64,000 bases of DNA, taken from NCBI GenBank assembly GCA_017556145.1, contig JAFZCU010000045.1:7270-71269 (forward strand). Direction: 5' to 3'. A program made the position numbers and the translations under genes. Positions 1 to 9,644 of this stretch are shown in pieces. Positions within the stretch are counted from its first letter, which is position 1. The number at the start of each line of letters is the position of its first letter. Origin of the DNA: Prevotella sp. Its GTDB lineage: Bacteria; Bacteroidota; Bacteroidia; Bacteroidales; Bacteroidaceae. The notes beneath the pieces are model-generated. The model saw nothing but the letters and a program-made list of their open reading frames with translations. It did no database searches and was not told the DNA's origin.

Positions 1-2
1 GC

Positions 3-2333
3 AACTGGAACGGTATCGCAGGCACGATGGAACTGCGGGCGCAGCCGAAGGAATTGTATATAGAAAAAGTGCGCTTACGGCCAGACTTGACGAATGGGTG
101 CGTGCATCTGAGCCTTGATGCAGGCGGCCGGCTCACATTGAATAGCTTTAACGACTATAATAATTACTATAGCATAGCTGTGGTGAAGGATGGCGACGAC
201 CCCAGCAAGGCTATCGTGCGGTATCGCTACCTGACAGAATCTCATATCGAATACGACTTTTTCTTTGATGATTCCGTCTATGTCTGGGATGAGTTCCATC
301 CCGCTGTCTACCGCATCGGCATCTCCCTCGGAGGTGACTATTACGAGACGACCTTCGGCATGCGCCACATCAGCGTCGAGGGTAGGGAACTATATATGAA
401 CTATCATCCCATCTGGCTGCGCGGTACGGTGGAGAACTGCTGTTTCCCCGAGACGGGCTATCCCCCCACGGACGAGGAGTCGTGGACGAAGATCTTCGAG
501 AAGTGTAAGGCCTACGGACTGAACCACATGCGTTTCCATAGCTATTGTCCGCCGGAGGCCGCCTTTGCCGCTGCTGACCGTGTGGGCTTCTATCTGCAGC
601 CTGAGGGTCCGTCGTGGCCGAATCACGGTGTGAAACTGCGTCGCGGACAGAAAATCGATGAATACCTGATGGAAGAGTCGAAACGCATCATCGATGCCTA
701 CGGCCATCATCCCTCGTTTGTGATGATGGCGGCGGGTAATGAGCCGGCAGGCGACTGGGTGAGCTACTGTAACGACTGGGTGAAGGCAATGAAGAAATAC
801 GACCCCTCGAAGATTTATTGCGGCGCCTCCGTCGGTGGTGGCTGGGCTTGGGATGATGGTTCGGAGTATCATGTGAAGGGTGGAGCACGTGGCCTGGACT
901 GGGACCGCCATGCACCGCATTCGGATGATGACTATTACGACCAGATTCTCCGTCCGCGGAACTACAAGGATACCGTTGATAACAACTCGCCCATCATCGC
1001 CCATGAACAGGGACAGTGGTGCGCCTTCCCCGACTTTAAGGAGATTCCGCAGTATACGGGCGTCTATAAGGCCAAGAACTTCGAGATTTTCCGCGATTTG
1101 CTGCGCGACAATGGTATGGAACAGCAGGCGGAGAAATTCCTGATGGCGAGTGGAAAGTTGCAGACGCTTTGCTATAAGTACGAGATAGAGCGTAACCTGC
1201 GTACGCCGGACTATGCAGGCTTCCAGCTGCTGGCTCTCAACGACTACAGCGGTCAGGGTACCGCTTTGGAGGGTGTGCTGAATGTGCACTGGCAGGAGAA
1301 AGGCTATACTAATGCGAAGGAATGGAAGGATTTCTGCAATGCGATTGTACCGTTGGCCAGGTTCCCCAAGTTCGTGTATGCTGCCGGTGATACACTGAAG
1401 GTGCCTATTGAGGTATACAACGCCTACTGCACTTATATCGACTCCGTGCGCAATGCCTATTATATTATCAATGAACAACAGGAGGTGGTGGCAGGCGGTG
1501 CTCTTGGCAACGGCATTTTGCCGGTAGGTAAGAACATCAGCATCGGAACGGTGGTCTTCCCGCTTGACACTATTACGAAACCCCAGAAGATGACGCTGAC
1601 TGTTAGTCTCAGTGGGGTGTTAAAGAACCATTGGGATTTTTGGGTGTATCCGGATCATGGGGACGGTTCTGATGATCCAATTTCTGAAAGAAATGGTATC
1701 ACGCAGAACCGTCCCCATGATCCGCCGATTTATATCGCGGATTCGCTGGATGCGGGGGCAATGAAGGTGCTAAGGGACGGTGGCAAGGTGTTGTTGACCG
1801 CGGCTGGGAAGGTACGTTTCGGATGCGATGTGGTGCAGCATTACCTGCCTGTATTCTGGAACACGTCGTGGTTTAAGATGCGTCCGCCGCATACCACAGG
1901 CGCCTATATTGATACACAACATCCGTTATTCAAGTACGACTTCCCTACCGATGACTGGAGCAATCTGAACTGGTGGGAGTTGCTGAACCGCGCGCAGGTG
2001 ATGAACTTAGCGGAATTCCCCAAAGACTATCAGCCGCCGATACAGCCTATTGATACCTGGCATGTCAGTCGGAAATTGGGTATGCTGGTGGAGGCGAAGG
2101 TGCTGAAGGGTAAATTGCTGATGACCACGATGGACATTAGTTCCGACCTGGAACACCGGTTGGTGGCCCGTCAGATGCGTCAGGCTATCCTTGCCTATAT
2201 GCAGAGTGATGATTTCCAGCCTTCGCTGGCCCTCCAGCCCCAGGTGATTTCAGATCTCTTTACAAAGGACGCACCCAAGGTGGATATGTTTACCAACGAC
2301 TCGCCCGACGAGCTGAAACCCAAGTTGAAATAA
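3..2333 (+). CDS. Glycoside hydrolase family 2 (beta-galactosidase/glucuronidase-like), 5' end outside the window
   Basis: Frame is open from position 3 (NWNGIAGTM...). GH2 TIM-barrel motifs: GLNHMRFHS, HHPSFVMMAAGNEP (acid/base NE) and IIAHEQGQW (nucleophile). Confidence 0.85.
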   Translation, partial: NWNGIAGTMELRAQPKELYIEKVRLRPDLTNGCVHLSLDAGGRLTLNSFNDYNNYYSIAVVKDGDDPSKAIVRYRYLTESHIEYDFFFDDSVYVWDEFHPAVYRIGISLGGDYYETTFGMRHISVEGRELYMNYHPIWLRGTVENCCFPETGYPPTDEESWTKIFEKCKAYGLNHMRFHSYCPPEAAFAAADRVGFYLQPEGPSWPNHGVKLRRGQKIDEYLMEESKRIIDAYGHHPSFVMMAAGNEPAGDWVSYCNDWVKAMKKYDPSKIYCGASVGGGWAWDDGSEYHVKGGARGLDWDRHAPHSDDDYYDQILRPRNYKDTVDNNSPIIAHEQGQWCAFPDFKEIPQYTGVYKAKNFEIFRDLLRDNGMEQQAEKFLMASGKLQTLCYKYEIERNLRTPDYAGFQLLALNDYSGQGTALEGVLNVHWQEKGYTNAKEWKDFCNAIVPLARFPKFVYAAGDTLKVPIEVYNAYCTYIDSVRNAYYIINEQQEVVAGGALGNGILPVGKNISIGTVVFPLDTITKPQKMTLTVSLSGVLKNHWDFWVYPDHGDGSDDPISERNGITQNRPHDPPIYIADSLDAGAMKVLRDGGKVLLTAAGKVRFGCDVVQHYLPVFWNTSWFKMRPPHTTGAYIDTQHPLFKYDFPTDDWSNLNWWELLNRAQVMNLAEFPKDYQPPIQPIDTWHVSRKLGMLVEAKVLKGKLLMTTMDISSDLEHRLVARQMRQAILAYMQSDDFQPSLALQPQVISDLFTKDAPKVDMFTNDSPDELKPKLK
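1651..1724. repeat. REP-like palindrome inside the GH2 coding sequence
   Basis: Perfect 21-bp inverted repeat cggatcatggggacggttctg (1651-1671) / cagaaccgtccccatgatccg (1704-1724), with an inner hairpin atttct-gaa-agaaat. Confidence 0.85.
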
Positions 2334-2352
2334 TAGTGAATGTGACAAGGAT

Positions 2353-2670
2353 ATGAAACGGTTTGCCTTTAAGATGTACCTCAAACCGGGGTGTGAGAAA
2401 GAATACGAGAAGCGTCATGCTGCTATCTGGCCTGAACTCGTGAAGATGATCAAGGATGGTGGCGTCAGTAACTACAGCATCTACTGGGACAAGGACACCA
2501 ACATCCTTTTCGGCTATCAGGAGTGTGAGGGGGAGGGGAACTCTCAGGATACCGACAATGTGGACCCTATCACCCAGAAATGGTGGGACATGATGGCCGA
2601 TATCATGGAGGTCAATCCCGACAATTCTCCGGTGACCATACCCGTTCAGGAGGTGTTTCATCTGGACTGA
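2353..2670 (+). CDS. rhaM: L-rhamnose mutarotase
   Basis: 105 aa; MKRFAFKMYLKPG..EYEKRHAAIWPE..NYSIY..QKWWDMMADIM is the RhaM/YiiL signature. Confidence 0.93.
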   Translation: MKRFAFKMYLKPGCEKEYEKRHAAIWPELVKMIKDGGVSNYSIYWDKDTNILFGYQECEGEGNSQDTDNVDPITQKWWDMMADIMEVNPDNSPVTIPVQEVFHLD

Positions 2671-2747
2671 CGCTTGACCTATCTTAATTTTATCAAGGAT
2701 TAATCTAAAAATTCGGTAGAGAATGCAAGATTAATCCAAGGATTTTG

Positions 2748-2755
2748 TAACTTTG
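2748..2755 (+). promoter_or_regulatory. Bacteroidetes sigma-A -7 element for the purH-mre operon
   Basis: TAACTTTG matches TAnnTTTG, 40 nt upstream of the ATG at 2795. Confidence 0.65.
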
Positions 2756-2794
2756 CACCCTAATTGCATTATTTATAACGTTATAAAAGATAAT

Positions 2795-3388
2795 ATGGCT
2801 GAAACAAAGAAGATTAAGACTGCCTTGGTGTCGGTATTCCACAAGGACGGACTTGACGAGCTGCTCAAGAAATTGAACGAGGAGGGCGTGAAGTTCCTGT
2901 CGACGGGCGGTACGCAGAAGTTTATTGAGTCACTCGGCTATGAGTGCCAGAAAGTAGAGGATGTGACGACCTATCCCTCTATCCTTGGCGGTCGGGTGAA
3001 GACACTCCATCCGAAGGTGTTCGGAGGTATCCTTGGACGTCGTGACAACGAAGGTGATCAGGCTCAGATGCAGCAGTATGAGATTCCTGAGATCGACCTG
3101 GTGATTGTTGACCTTTATCCCTTTGAGCAGACGGTGGCCAGCGGTGCTTCCGAAGAAGATATCATCGAGAAGATTGATATCGGCGGCATCTCACTGATCC
3201 GTGCCGGTGCCAAGAACTTTAACGATGTGGTCATCGTGCCGAGCAAGGCCGAGTACAGTGTGTTGCTTGACATCCTGAACCAGCAGGGTGCAGAGACCAC
3301 CAAGGCCCAGCGCCGTATGTTTGCCACCCGCGCCTTTGGCGTGAGCAGTCATTATGACACCGCCATCAATGCCTGGTTTGAGAAGTAA
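2795..3388 (+). CDS. purH: IMP cyclohydrolase (PurH N-terminal/MGS-like domain only)
   Basis: ALVSVFHKDG, STGGT, GGRVKTLHP, IDIGG, RAGAKN motifs. Ends after 197 aa, with no AICAR transformylase domain. Start moved to ATG 2795. Confidence 0.88.
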   Translation: MAETKKIKTALVSVFHKDGLDELLKKLNEEGVKFLSTGGTQKFIESLGYECQKVEDVTTYPSILGGRVKTLHPKVFGGILGRRDNEGDQAQMQQYEIPEIDLVIVDLYPFEQTVASGASEEDIIEKIDIGGISLIRAGAKNFNDVVIVPSKAEYSVLLDILNQQGAETTKAQRRMFATRAFGVSSHYDTAINAWFEK

Positions 3389-3389
3389 T

Positions 3390-3422
3390 AGTTTAGAGTT
3401 TAAGGTTTATAGTTTATAGTTA
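3390..3422 (+). repeat. Heptamer tandem repeat (AGTTTAN) filling the purH-mreB junction
   Basis: agtttag agtttaa ggtttat agtttat agtta, directly between the stop codon and the ATG. Confidence 0.85.
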
Positions 3423-4445
3423 ATGGGATTTTTTAGTTTTGTTCAGGAGATTGCAATGGACCTTGGAACGGCCAATACCATTATTATCAGTGATGATAAG
3501 ATTGTGGTAGACGAGCCTTCTGTGGTGGCGCTCGACCGTCGTACTGACAAGATGATTGCCGTAGGAGCCAAGGCCAAGATGATGTATGAGAAGACACACG
3601 ATAACATTCGTACCATCCGTCCGCTTCGCGATGGTGTGATTGCCGACTTCTCTGCCTGTGAGCAGATGATGCGCGGCCTGATCAAGATGGTACACACGAG
3701 TAGTCGTCTGTTCTCGCCCTCATTGCGTATGGTGATCGGTGTGCCTTCGGGTTCTACCGAAGTGGAACTGCGTGCCGTGCGTGACTCTGCGGAGCATGCC
3801 GATGGCCGTGATGTGTATCTGATTTTCGAGCCGATGGCTGCAGCCATCGGTATAGGCATCGACGTAGAGGCCCCGGAGGGTAATATGATTGTCGATATCG
3901 GCGGTGGTTCTACTGAGATTGCCGTGATTTCGCTGGGTGGTATAGTCAGCAACAACTCCATCCGTACGGCCGGTGATGACCTGACAGCCGATATTCAGGA
4001 ATATATGAGCCGTCAGCACAATGTGAAAGTCAGTGAGCGTATGGCTGAGCGCATCAAGATTCATGTGGGTTCTGCCCTGACCGATCTTGGTGAGGATGCA
4101 CCTGAGGACTTTGTGGTACACGGTCCTAACCGTATTACCGCCTTGCCCATGGAGGTGCCCGTATGCTATCAGGAGATTGCACATTGTCTGGATAAGACCG
4201 TGTCGAAGATCGAGAATGCTGTATTGTCTGCACTCGAGAACACACCGCCAGAGCTGTATGCGGATATCGTCAAGAACGGTATCTATCTCTCCGGAGGCGG
4301 TGCCCTGCTCAGAGGTCTTGACCGTCGTCTGCAGGAAAAGATCAATATTCCGTTCCATGTGCCTGAGGATCCCCTCCACAGTGTGGCCAAGGGTGCAGGT
4401 ATCGCACTGAAGAATATTGATCGATTCAGTTTCCTGATGCGATAA
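3423..4445 (+). CDS. mreB: Rod shape-determining protein MreB
   Basis: DLGTANT, IRPLRDGVIAD, DIGGGSTE, GGGALL actin-like motifs. Confidence 0.97.
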   Translation: MGFFSFVQEIAMDLGTANTIIISDDKIVVDEPSVVALDRRTDKMIAVGAKAKMMYEKTHDNIRTIRPLRDGVIADFSACEQMMRGLIKMVHTSSRLFSPSLRMVIGVPSGSTEVELRAVRDSAEHADGRDVYLIFEPMAAAIGIGIDVEAPEGNMIVDIGGGSTEIAVISLGGIVSNNSIRTAGDDLTADIQEYMSRQHNVKVSERMAERIKIHVGSALTDLGEDAPEDFVVHGPNRITALPMEVPVCYQEIAHCLDKTVSKIENAVLSALENTPPELYADIVKNGIYLSGGGALLRGLDRRLQEKINIPFHVPEDPLHSVAKGAGIALKNIDRFSFLMR

Positions 4446-4459
4446 TCCGGGCATAGGGA

Positions 4460-5332
4460 ATGAGCAATCTGCTGGATTTCCTGAGGAAGTATCATCATTG
4501 GCTCCTTTTCGTCTTCCTGGAAGTGGTCAGTGTCGTGTTGCTGTTTAAATATAACAGTTATCAGGGCAGTGTATGGCTTTCTTCTGCCAATGTGGCGGTA
4601 GGTAAGATGTACGAACTGGAGAGTGATGTTACTTCTTTTTTCAGCATGACACGCGCCAATGAGGAACTGACCTTACGCAACTTCTATTTGGAGAGACAGG
4701 TAGACCAGTTGCGTCGTCTTTATACGGAGGTGACACACGACACCACGGTGATAGAGCGTCAGGAACTGCAGTTTCTCAGTCAGTATAGACTCATTCCTGC
4801 CAAGGTGGTATCCAACACCATTCACAAGGCCGACAATCTGATAACGATAGACAAAGGCGCTGAAGATGGTGTTGAGGTGAACATGGGCGTGGCCAGTGGC
4901 AATGGGGTTGTGGGTGTGGTCTATCTCGTTTCCGACCACTACTCGGTTGTCATTCCTGCCTTGAATACGACGATGTCGCGCATTAGTTGCTCTATCCGTA
5001 ACAGCAACTATTTCGGCTATCTGCGTTGGAATGGGGGTGATCCGGCTATTGCCTACTTAGAGGACGTGCCCCGTCATGCCCGTTTCAAGAGAGGCGAATG
5101 GGTTGTGACAAGCGGTTATTCTTCTATTTTCCCCTCCGGCGTACTGGTGGGTCAAATTGAGAAAGTGTTTAATTCAGCCGACGGTTTGTCGTATAAGTTG
5201 CAATTGCGTCTGAGTACTGACTTCAGTTGTTTGCGTGATGTCTGCGTCATCAGTGATAAGCGGGTTGGTGAGCAGGTGAAGTTGTTGGAAGCAGCGCGCG
5301 ACTCGATGGCGCTGACCAATAGAGACAGGTAA
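4460..5332 (+). CDS. mreC: Rod shape-determining protein MreC
   Basis: N-terminal TM, coiled coil, TIDKG..DGV, TSGYSSIFPSG; follows mreB. Confidence 0.93.
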   Translation: MSNLLDFLRKYHHWLLFVFLEVVSVVLLFKYNSYQGSVWLSSANVAVGKMYELESDVTSFFSMTRANEELTLRNFYLERQVDQLRRLYTEVTHDTTVIERQELQFLSQYRLIPAKVVSNTIHKADNLITIDKGAEDGVEVNMGVASGNGVVGVVYLVSDHYSVVIPALNTTMSRISCSIRNSNYFGYLRWNGGDPAIAYLEDVPRHARFKRGEWVVTSGYSSIFPSGVLVGQIEKVFNSADGLSYKLQLRLSTDFSCLRDVCVISDKRVGEQVKLLEAARDSMALTNRDR

Positions 5333-5351
5333 CTAGTTTATAGTTTAGAGG

Positions 5352-5852
5352 GTGTCAGTAGAGTTCTTCAAACGATTGGGATGGTTTGTCGTCCTTTGCC
5401 TGGTTCAGGTCTTGATCCTGAATCACATCCACTTGTTTGACGTTGCCATTCCCTTGTTATATGTCTATTTTACCATCACCTTCCAACGTGGCACGCCAAA
5501 GTGGATGATCCTGTTATGGAGTTTTGCAATGGGACTGGCGATAGACGTGTTCTCCAACACCCCTGGATTGGCTTCTGGTTCAATGACGCTGATAGCTGCC
5601 ATACAGCCCTATCTGTTGGAAATATTTATACCGCGTGATTCCGCAGAGAATCTGGAGGTGTCGATTTCAACGCTGGGTATCAGTAAGTTCTTGGTCTTTT
5701 GTGTGATTCTGCTGGTTGTCTATTGTCTGGCATTCTTTGCCTTAGAAGCATTCAGTTTCTACAACTGGCAGTATTGGTTAGTGTGTGCCGGAGCCAGTTT
5801 TTTGCTGACATTGGTACTGATAATGGCCATTGAAAGTGTTCGTACGAAGTGA
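5352..5852 (+). CDS. mreD: Rod shape-determining protein MreD
   Basis: Hydrophobic 166 aa with GLAIDVFSNTPG; lies between mreC and mrdA; GTG start. Confidence 0.9.
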   Translation: MSVEFFKRLGWFVVLCLVQVLILNHIHLFDVAIPLLYVYFTITFQRGTPKWMILLWSFAMGLAIDVFSNTPGLASGSMTLIAAIQPYLLEIFIPRDSAENLEVSISTLGISKFLVFCVILLVVYCLAFFALEAFSFYNWQYWLVCAGASFLLTLVLIMAIESVRTK

Positions 5853-7705
5853 AGGAAAAGAACGATCTTGCTGAGAGGAAGTATATCATTGCTGCGGTGG
5901 CCATCGTTATCGTGGTCGTCTATATCATCCGTCTCTTTACGCTTCAGATCACCAGCGATGACTATAAGAAGAGTGCCGACTCTAACGCCTTCCTGAAGAA
6001 GGTGGATTTCCCGTCGCGTGGTAATATCACTGACCGGAATGGTAAGTTGCTGGTATTCAACCAGCCTGCCTACGACATCATGGTGGTGATGAATGAGGCG
6101 AAGGATCACCTCGACACTCTGGATTTGTGTAAAGCCCTGAATATCACGAAAGAGGAATTCGACCGCAGGATGGCGACCATTAAGGACAAAACCAAGAATC
6201 CTGGTTATTCGCGCTTTACGCAGCAGTTGTTTCTGCCTCAACTGAGCGATAAGGATTTCAGTATCTTCCAGGAGAAGATGTTCCGTTTCCCCGGCTTTTA
6301 TGTCCAACGACGTAGCATTCGCCAGTATCAGTATAATCTGGCAGCGCATGTTCTGGGTGATGTGGCTGAGGTATCACCGGCTGATATTGAGGAAGACGAT
6401 TATTACCAGCCAGGCGACTATATCGGAAAACTGGGTGTGGAACGTTCCTACGAGAAACAGTTGCGTGGTGTGAAGGGCATACAGATTCTGCTGCGTGACG
6501 CCCATGGACGTATCCAGGGCCGTTACCAGAATGGTGCCTTGGACCGCAAACCCGTGCCGGGTAAGAATCTGACGCTGAGTATTGATTATGAATTGCAGGC
6601 GCTTGGTGAACGTTTGTTAGAGGGGAAGATCGGCAGTATCGTGGCCATAGAACCCTCTACTGGTGAGGTGCTGTGTATGGTCTCCTCGCCTTCTTATGAC
6701 CCACGTATGATGGTTGGTCGCGAGCGTAGTAAGAACCATCGCATCCTCAGTCAGGATCAGTGGAAGCCTTTGCTCAACCGCAGTATCATGGGACAATACC
6801 CACCAGGCTCAACCTTCAAGACCACACAGGGTCTGACCTTCCTGACAGAAGGGATTATCACGCCGTCGACACCTTTTCCGTGTGGTCATGGATTTAATTT
6901 CAGGGGTCTACATGTAGGATGTCATGGTCATGCATCTCCACTGCCTCTTGTGCCAGCACTGAGCACATCCTGCAACGGTTTCTTCTGCTGGGGACTCTAT
7001 CACATGATCAATACCAATATCTCCAAATACGGTACGGTACAGAATGCGATGGATACATGGCGTGACTATATGGTCAGCATGGGTTTCGGCTATCGGCTGG
7101 GAGTTGACCTTCCCGGAGAGAAACGTGGCCTGATTCCGAATGCCCAGTTTTACGACAAGGCCTATAAAGGTTCTTGGAATGGTCTGACTATTATCTCCAT
7201 CGCCATCGGACAGGGTGAGGTGAATGCTACGCCGTTGCAGATTGCCAATCTGGCTGCCACCATTGCCAATCGCGGCTATTACTATGTCCCCCATGTGGTG
7301 AGGAAGGTGCAGGGTGAACCTCTTGACACGGCCTTCACACGTCGCCATTTCACGAAAGCCAACCGCAATGCCTATGACTATGTGGTGCAGGGAATGCGCT
7401 CGTCGGTGCTGGGAGGAACCTGTAAGGCACTGGGGCGTTATGAGTTCATGGCCTGTGGTAAGACTGGTACGGCTCAGAACCGAGGTCATGACCACTCGGT
7501 CTTTATGGGCTTTGCTCCTATGGACAAACCGAAGATTGCCGTTGCTGTGTATGTGGAGAACGGCGGCTGGGGTGCCACCTATGGTGTGCCTATCGGTGGC
7601 CTGATTATGGAAAAGTATATCAACGGGAAACTATCTGAAGCCTCGGAGAAGAAGGCGACGGAGTTCCAGCACAAACGAATCGCGTATGGCTCAGCAGACA
7701 GATAA
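5849..7705 (+). CDS. mrdA: Penicillin-binding protein 2
   Basis: RGNITDRNG dimerisation motif; STFK (SxxK), SCN (SxN) and KTGTAQ transpeptidase motifs. Confidence 0.95.
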   Translation: MKEKNDLAERKYIIAAVAIVIVVVYIIRLFTLQITSDDYKKSADSNAFLKKVDFPSRGNITDRNGKLLVFNQPAYDIMVVMNEAKDHLDTLDLCKALNITKEEFDRRMATIKDKTKNPGYSRFTQQLFLPQLSDKDFSIFQEKMFRFPGFYVQRRSIRQYQYNLAAHVLGDVAEVSPADIEEDDYYQPGDYIGKLGVERSYEKQLRGVKGIQILLRDAHGRIQGRYQNGALDRKPVPGKNLTLSIDYELQALGERLLEGKIGSIVAIEPSTGEVLCMVSSPSYDPRMMVGRERSKNHRILSQDQWKPLLNRSIMGQYPPGSTFKTTQGLTFLTEGIITPSTPFPCGHGFNFRGLHVGCHGHASPLPLVPALSTSCNGFFCWGLYHMINTNISKYGTVQNAMDTWRDYMVSMGFGYRLGVDLPGEKRGLIPNAQFYDKAYKGSWNGLTIISIAIGQGEVNATPLQIANLAATIANRGYYYVPHVVRKVQGEPLDTAFTRRHFTKANRNAYDYVVQGMRSSVLGGTCKALGRYEFMACGKTGTAQNRGHDHSVFMGFAPMDKPKIAVAVYVENGGWGATYGVPIGGLIMEKYINGKLSEASEKKATEFQHKRIAYGSADR

Positions 7706-9155
7706 ACAACCCAGTGTGTTGCGTTCCATTGACTGGTTGACAATCCTGTTCTACCTTGGATTGCTCACCTTTGGCTGGGTCAGCGTTTGCGGAGCCAGTT
7801 ATACTTATGGTGAAACAGACATCTTCAGCTTGGATAGCCGTTCTGGTATGCAGATCGTATGGATAGGAACCTCCATTGTGCTGGGACTGGTCATTCTGTT
7901 GTTGGATAACCGCTTCTATGATACCTTTGCCTATCTGATCTTTGCCGTACTGGTGCTATTGCTGATAGCGACCATCTTCAATCCCCATACCATCAAGGGC
8001 TCGAGGTCGTGGCTGGTGTTAGGCCCTTTGCGTGTGCAACCGGCGGAATTTGCCAAGTTCGCAACGGCGTTGGCACTGGCGAAGCTGATGAGTACCTACG
8101 GCTATGACATCAAACGATGGAAGGACTTTGCCATTACCTTAGGCTTCATTTTCCTGCCGATGCTCTGTATCGTGTTACAGCATGAGACTGGTTCGGCACT
8201 GGTCTATCTGGCTTTCTTCCTGATGCTCTATCGCGAGGGCATGTCGGGCAGTCTGCTCTTTACGGGGGTGGCGATGGTGATCTATTTCGTGATAGGCATC
8301 CGTTTTGCGGATACGATGTTGCTGTACACCCCCACGTCGGTAGGAAAATTCGTGGTGTTGTTGCTGATACAAATCTTCTCCGGCCTGATGGTATATTTCT
8401 ATTGTGACAACAAGCGCGATGGTGTGCGGATCATTCTGGCCTGTATAGGAATTACGGTGATATTCCTATTGTTTTCGCTCTATGTGATACCCTTTGATAT
8501 CGTCTATGTGTTACTGGTCACTACAGCACTGATGATTGGCTATCTGTTGTGGCAGAGTGTGGCTACCCGTGTACGCAACTATTTATGGATAGCCCTTTTC
8601 GCAATAGGTTCTGTCGTATTCTTCAATGGTGCCGACTACGTGCTGAATAATGTACTGGAGCGCCACCAGCGGGTGCGTATCAATGTGTTGCTGGGACTGG
8701 AAGAAGACTTGAAGGGAGCCGGCTATAATGTGCATCAGAGTCAGATTGCCATCGGCTCGGGGGGCATTGAGGGTAAGGGCTTTCTGAATGGCACGCAGAC
8801 AAAATTGAAATATGTGCCGGAACAGGATACCGACTTTATCTTCTGTACGGTCGGCGAGGAGGAGGGTTTTGTCGGATCAGCAGGCGTGTTGTTGCTCTTC
8901 CTGGCCTTGATTCACCGACTCATATATCTTTCTGAACGACAACCGTACCGTTTCGGACGGGTGTATGGCTATTCGGTGCTGAGCATTTTCTTGTTCCATG
9001 TGTTTATCAATGTAGGCATGGTCTTAGGTTTGACACCAGTGATCGGTATCCCCTTGCCGTTCTTCAGTTATGGAGGCTCCTCCTTATGGGGCTTTACTAT
9101 CCTGCTGTTTATCTTCCTGCGTATTGATGCCAGTAGGAATCTCGCGCGTACCTAA
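7686..9155 (+). CDS. rodA: Rod shape-determining protein RodA (SEDS family)
   Basis: QPAEFAK, IGSGG..GKG, PEQDTDFIF, PFFSYGGSS motifs. Confidence 0.95.
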   Translation: MAQQTDKQPSVLRSIDWLTILFYLGLLTFGWVSVCGASYTYGETDIFSLDSRSGMQIVWIGTSIVLGLVILLLDNRFYDTFAYLIFAVLVLLLIATIFNPHTIKGSRSWLVLGPLRVQPAEFAKFATALALAKLMSTYGYDIKRWKDFAITLGFIFLPMLCIVLQHETGSALVYLAFFLMLYREGMSGSLLFTGVAMVIYFVIGIRFADTMLLYTPTSVGKFVVLLLIQIFSGLMVYFYCDNKRDGVRIILACIGITVIFLLFSLYVIPFDIVYVLLVTTALMIGYLLWQSVATRVRNYLWIALFAIGSVVFFNGADYVLNNVLERHQRVRINVLLGLEEDLKGAGYNVHQSQIAIGSGGIEGKGFLNGTQTKLKYVPEQDTDFIFCTVGEEEGFVGSAGVLLLFLALIHRLIYLSERQPYRFGRVYGYSVLSIFLFHVFINVGMVLGLTPVIGIPLPFFSYGGSSLWGFTILLFIFLRIDASRNLART

Positions 9156-9170
9156 ATATATTGAATAGCA

Positions 9171-9644
9171 TCAGTTCTTGTCAATCCTGATGCCGATGTC
9201 TGTTACGCCAGGCATGATTTCCCGTTTCATATTATGCTTGACAAGGATATGAAGGGAGTCGCCTTCTACCAGTCGGATGGTGTTCACATGGAAGGTGTAT
9301 TGATAATGATTGACGCCGGAGCCTCTGATTCTCCCCTGCTTGTCGATCAGGTTACAGTTCAGGGTGTCGTTATGGCAATAGCCCGAAGGCAATACAGTCT
9401 GTTGGATAATCAGACACAGGCCCAAAAACGGGTAGTCCTCATTAATCCGCAGACCAAGTTCTTCTTTGTAATTGCCGGTTTCGCTGACAGGTGGAATACC
9501 GAAACAGATGGTGTCATTCTTTTCCCAGCCCGACGTCGGCGTAGGTTCGTAATGACAATAGATAGGCAGACGGTCGCATGAGGTGATTCCGCATGCAACC
9601 GTCAGCACCATTGCAAAGATGACCTGTCTGCAAATCCTATGCAT
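9171..9644 (-). CDS. gldH: GldH-family lipoprotein
   Basis: Lipobox ITSC, GWEKNDT, YPF..L, HNMKRE.MPGVTDIGI. Sits downstream of the PSP1 gene, as is usual in Bacteroidetes. Start moved to ATG 9644. Confidence 0.8.
   Translation of the reverse strand: MHRICRQVIFAMVLTVACGITSCDRLPIYCHYEPTPTSGWEKNDTICFGIPPVSETGNYKEELGLRINEDYPFLGLCLIIQQTVLPSGYCHNDTLNCNLIDKQGRIRGSGVNHYQYTFHVNTIRLVEGDSLHILVKHNMKREIMPGVTDIGIRIDKN

Noticed and set aside
390-1478. Long antisense ORFs (e.g. 390-1478, 13714-14640, 44273-45430, 53007-54062, 55790-56758)
   Set aside because: They shadow well-supported genes on the opposite strand and lack motifs. This is expected from codon bias.
9171-9644. gldH, sprE and porX as evidence of gliding motility
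   Set aside because: These genes are retained in non-gliding Bacteroidales with T9SS, and the gene order here is ordinary.
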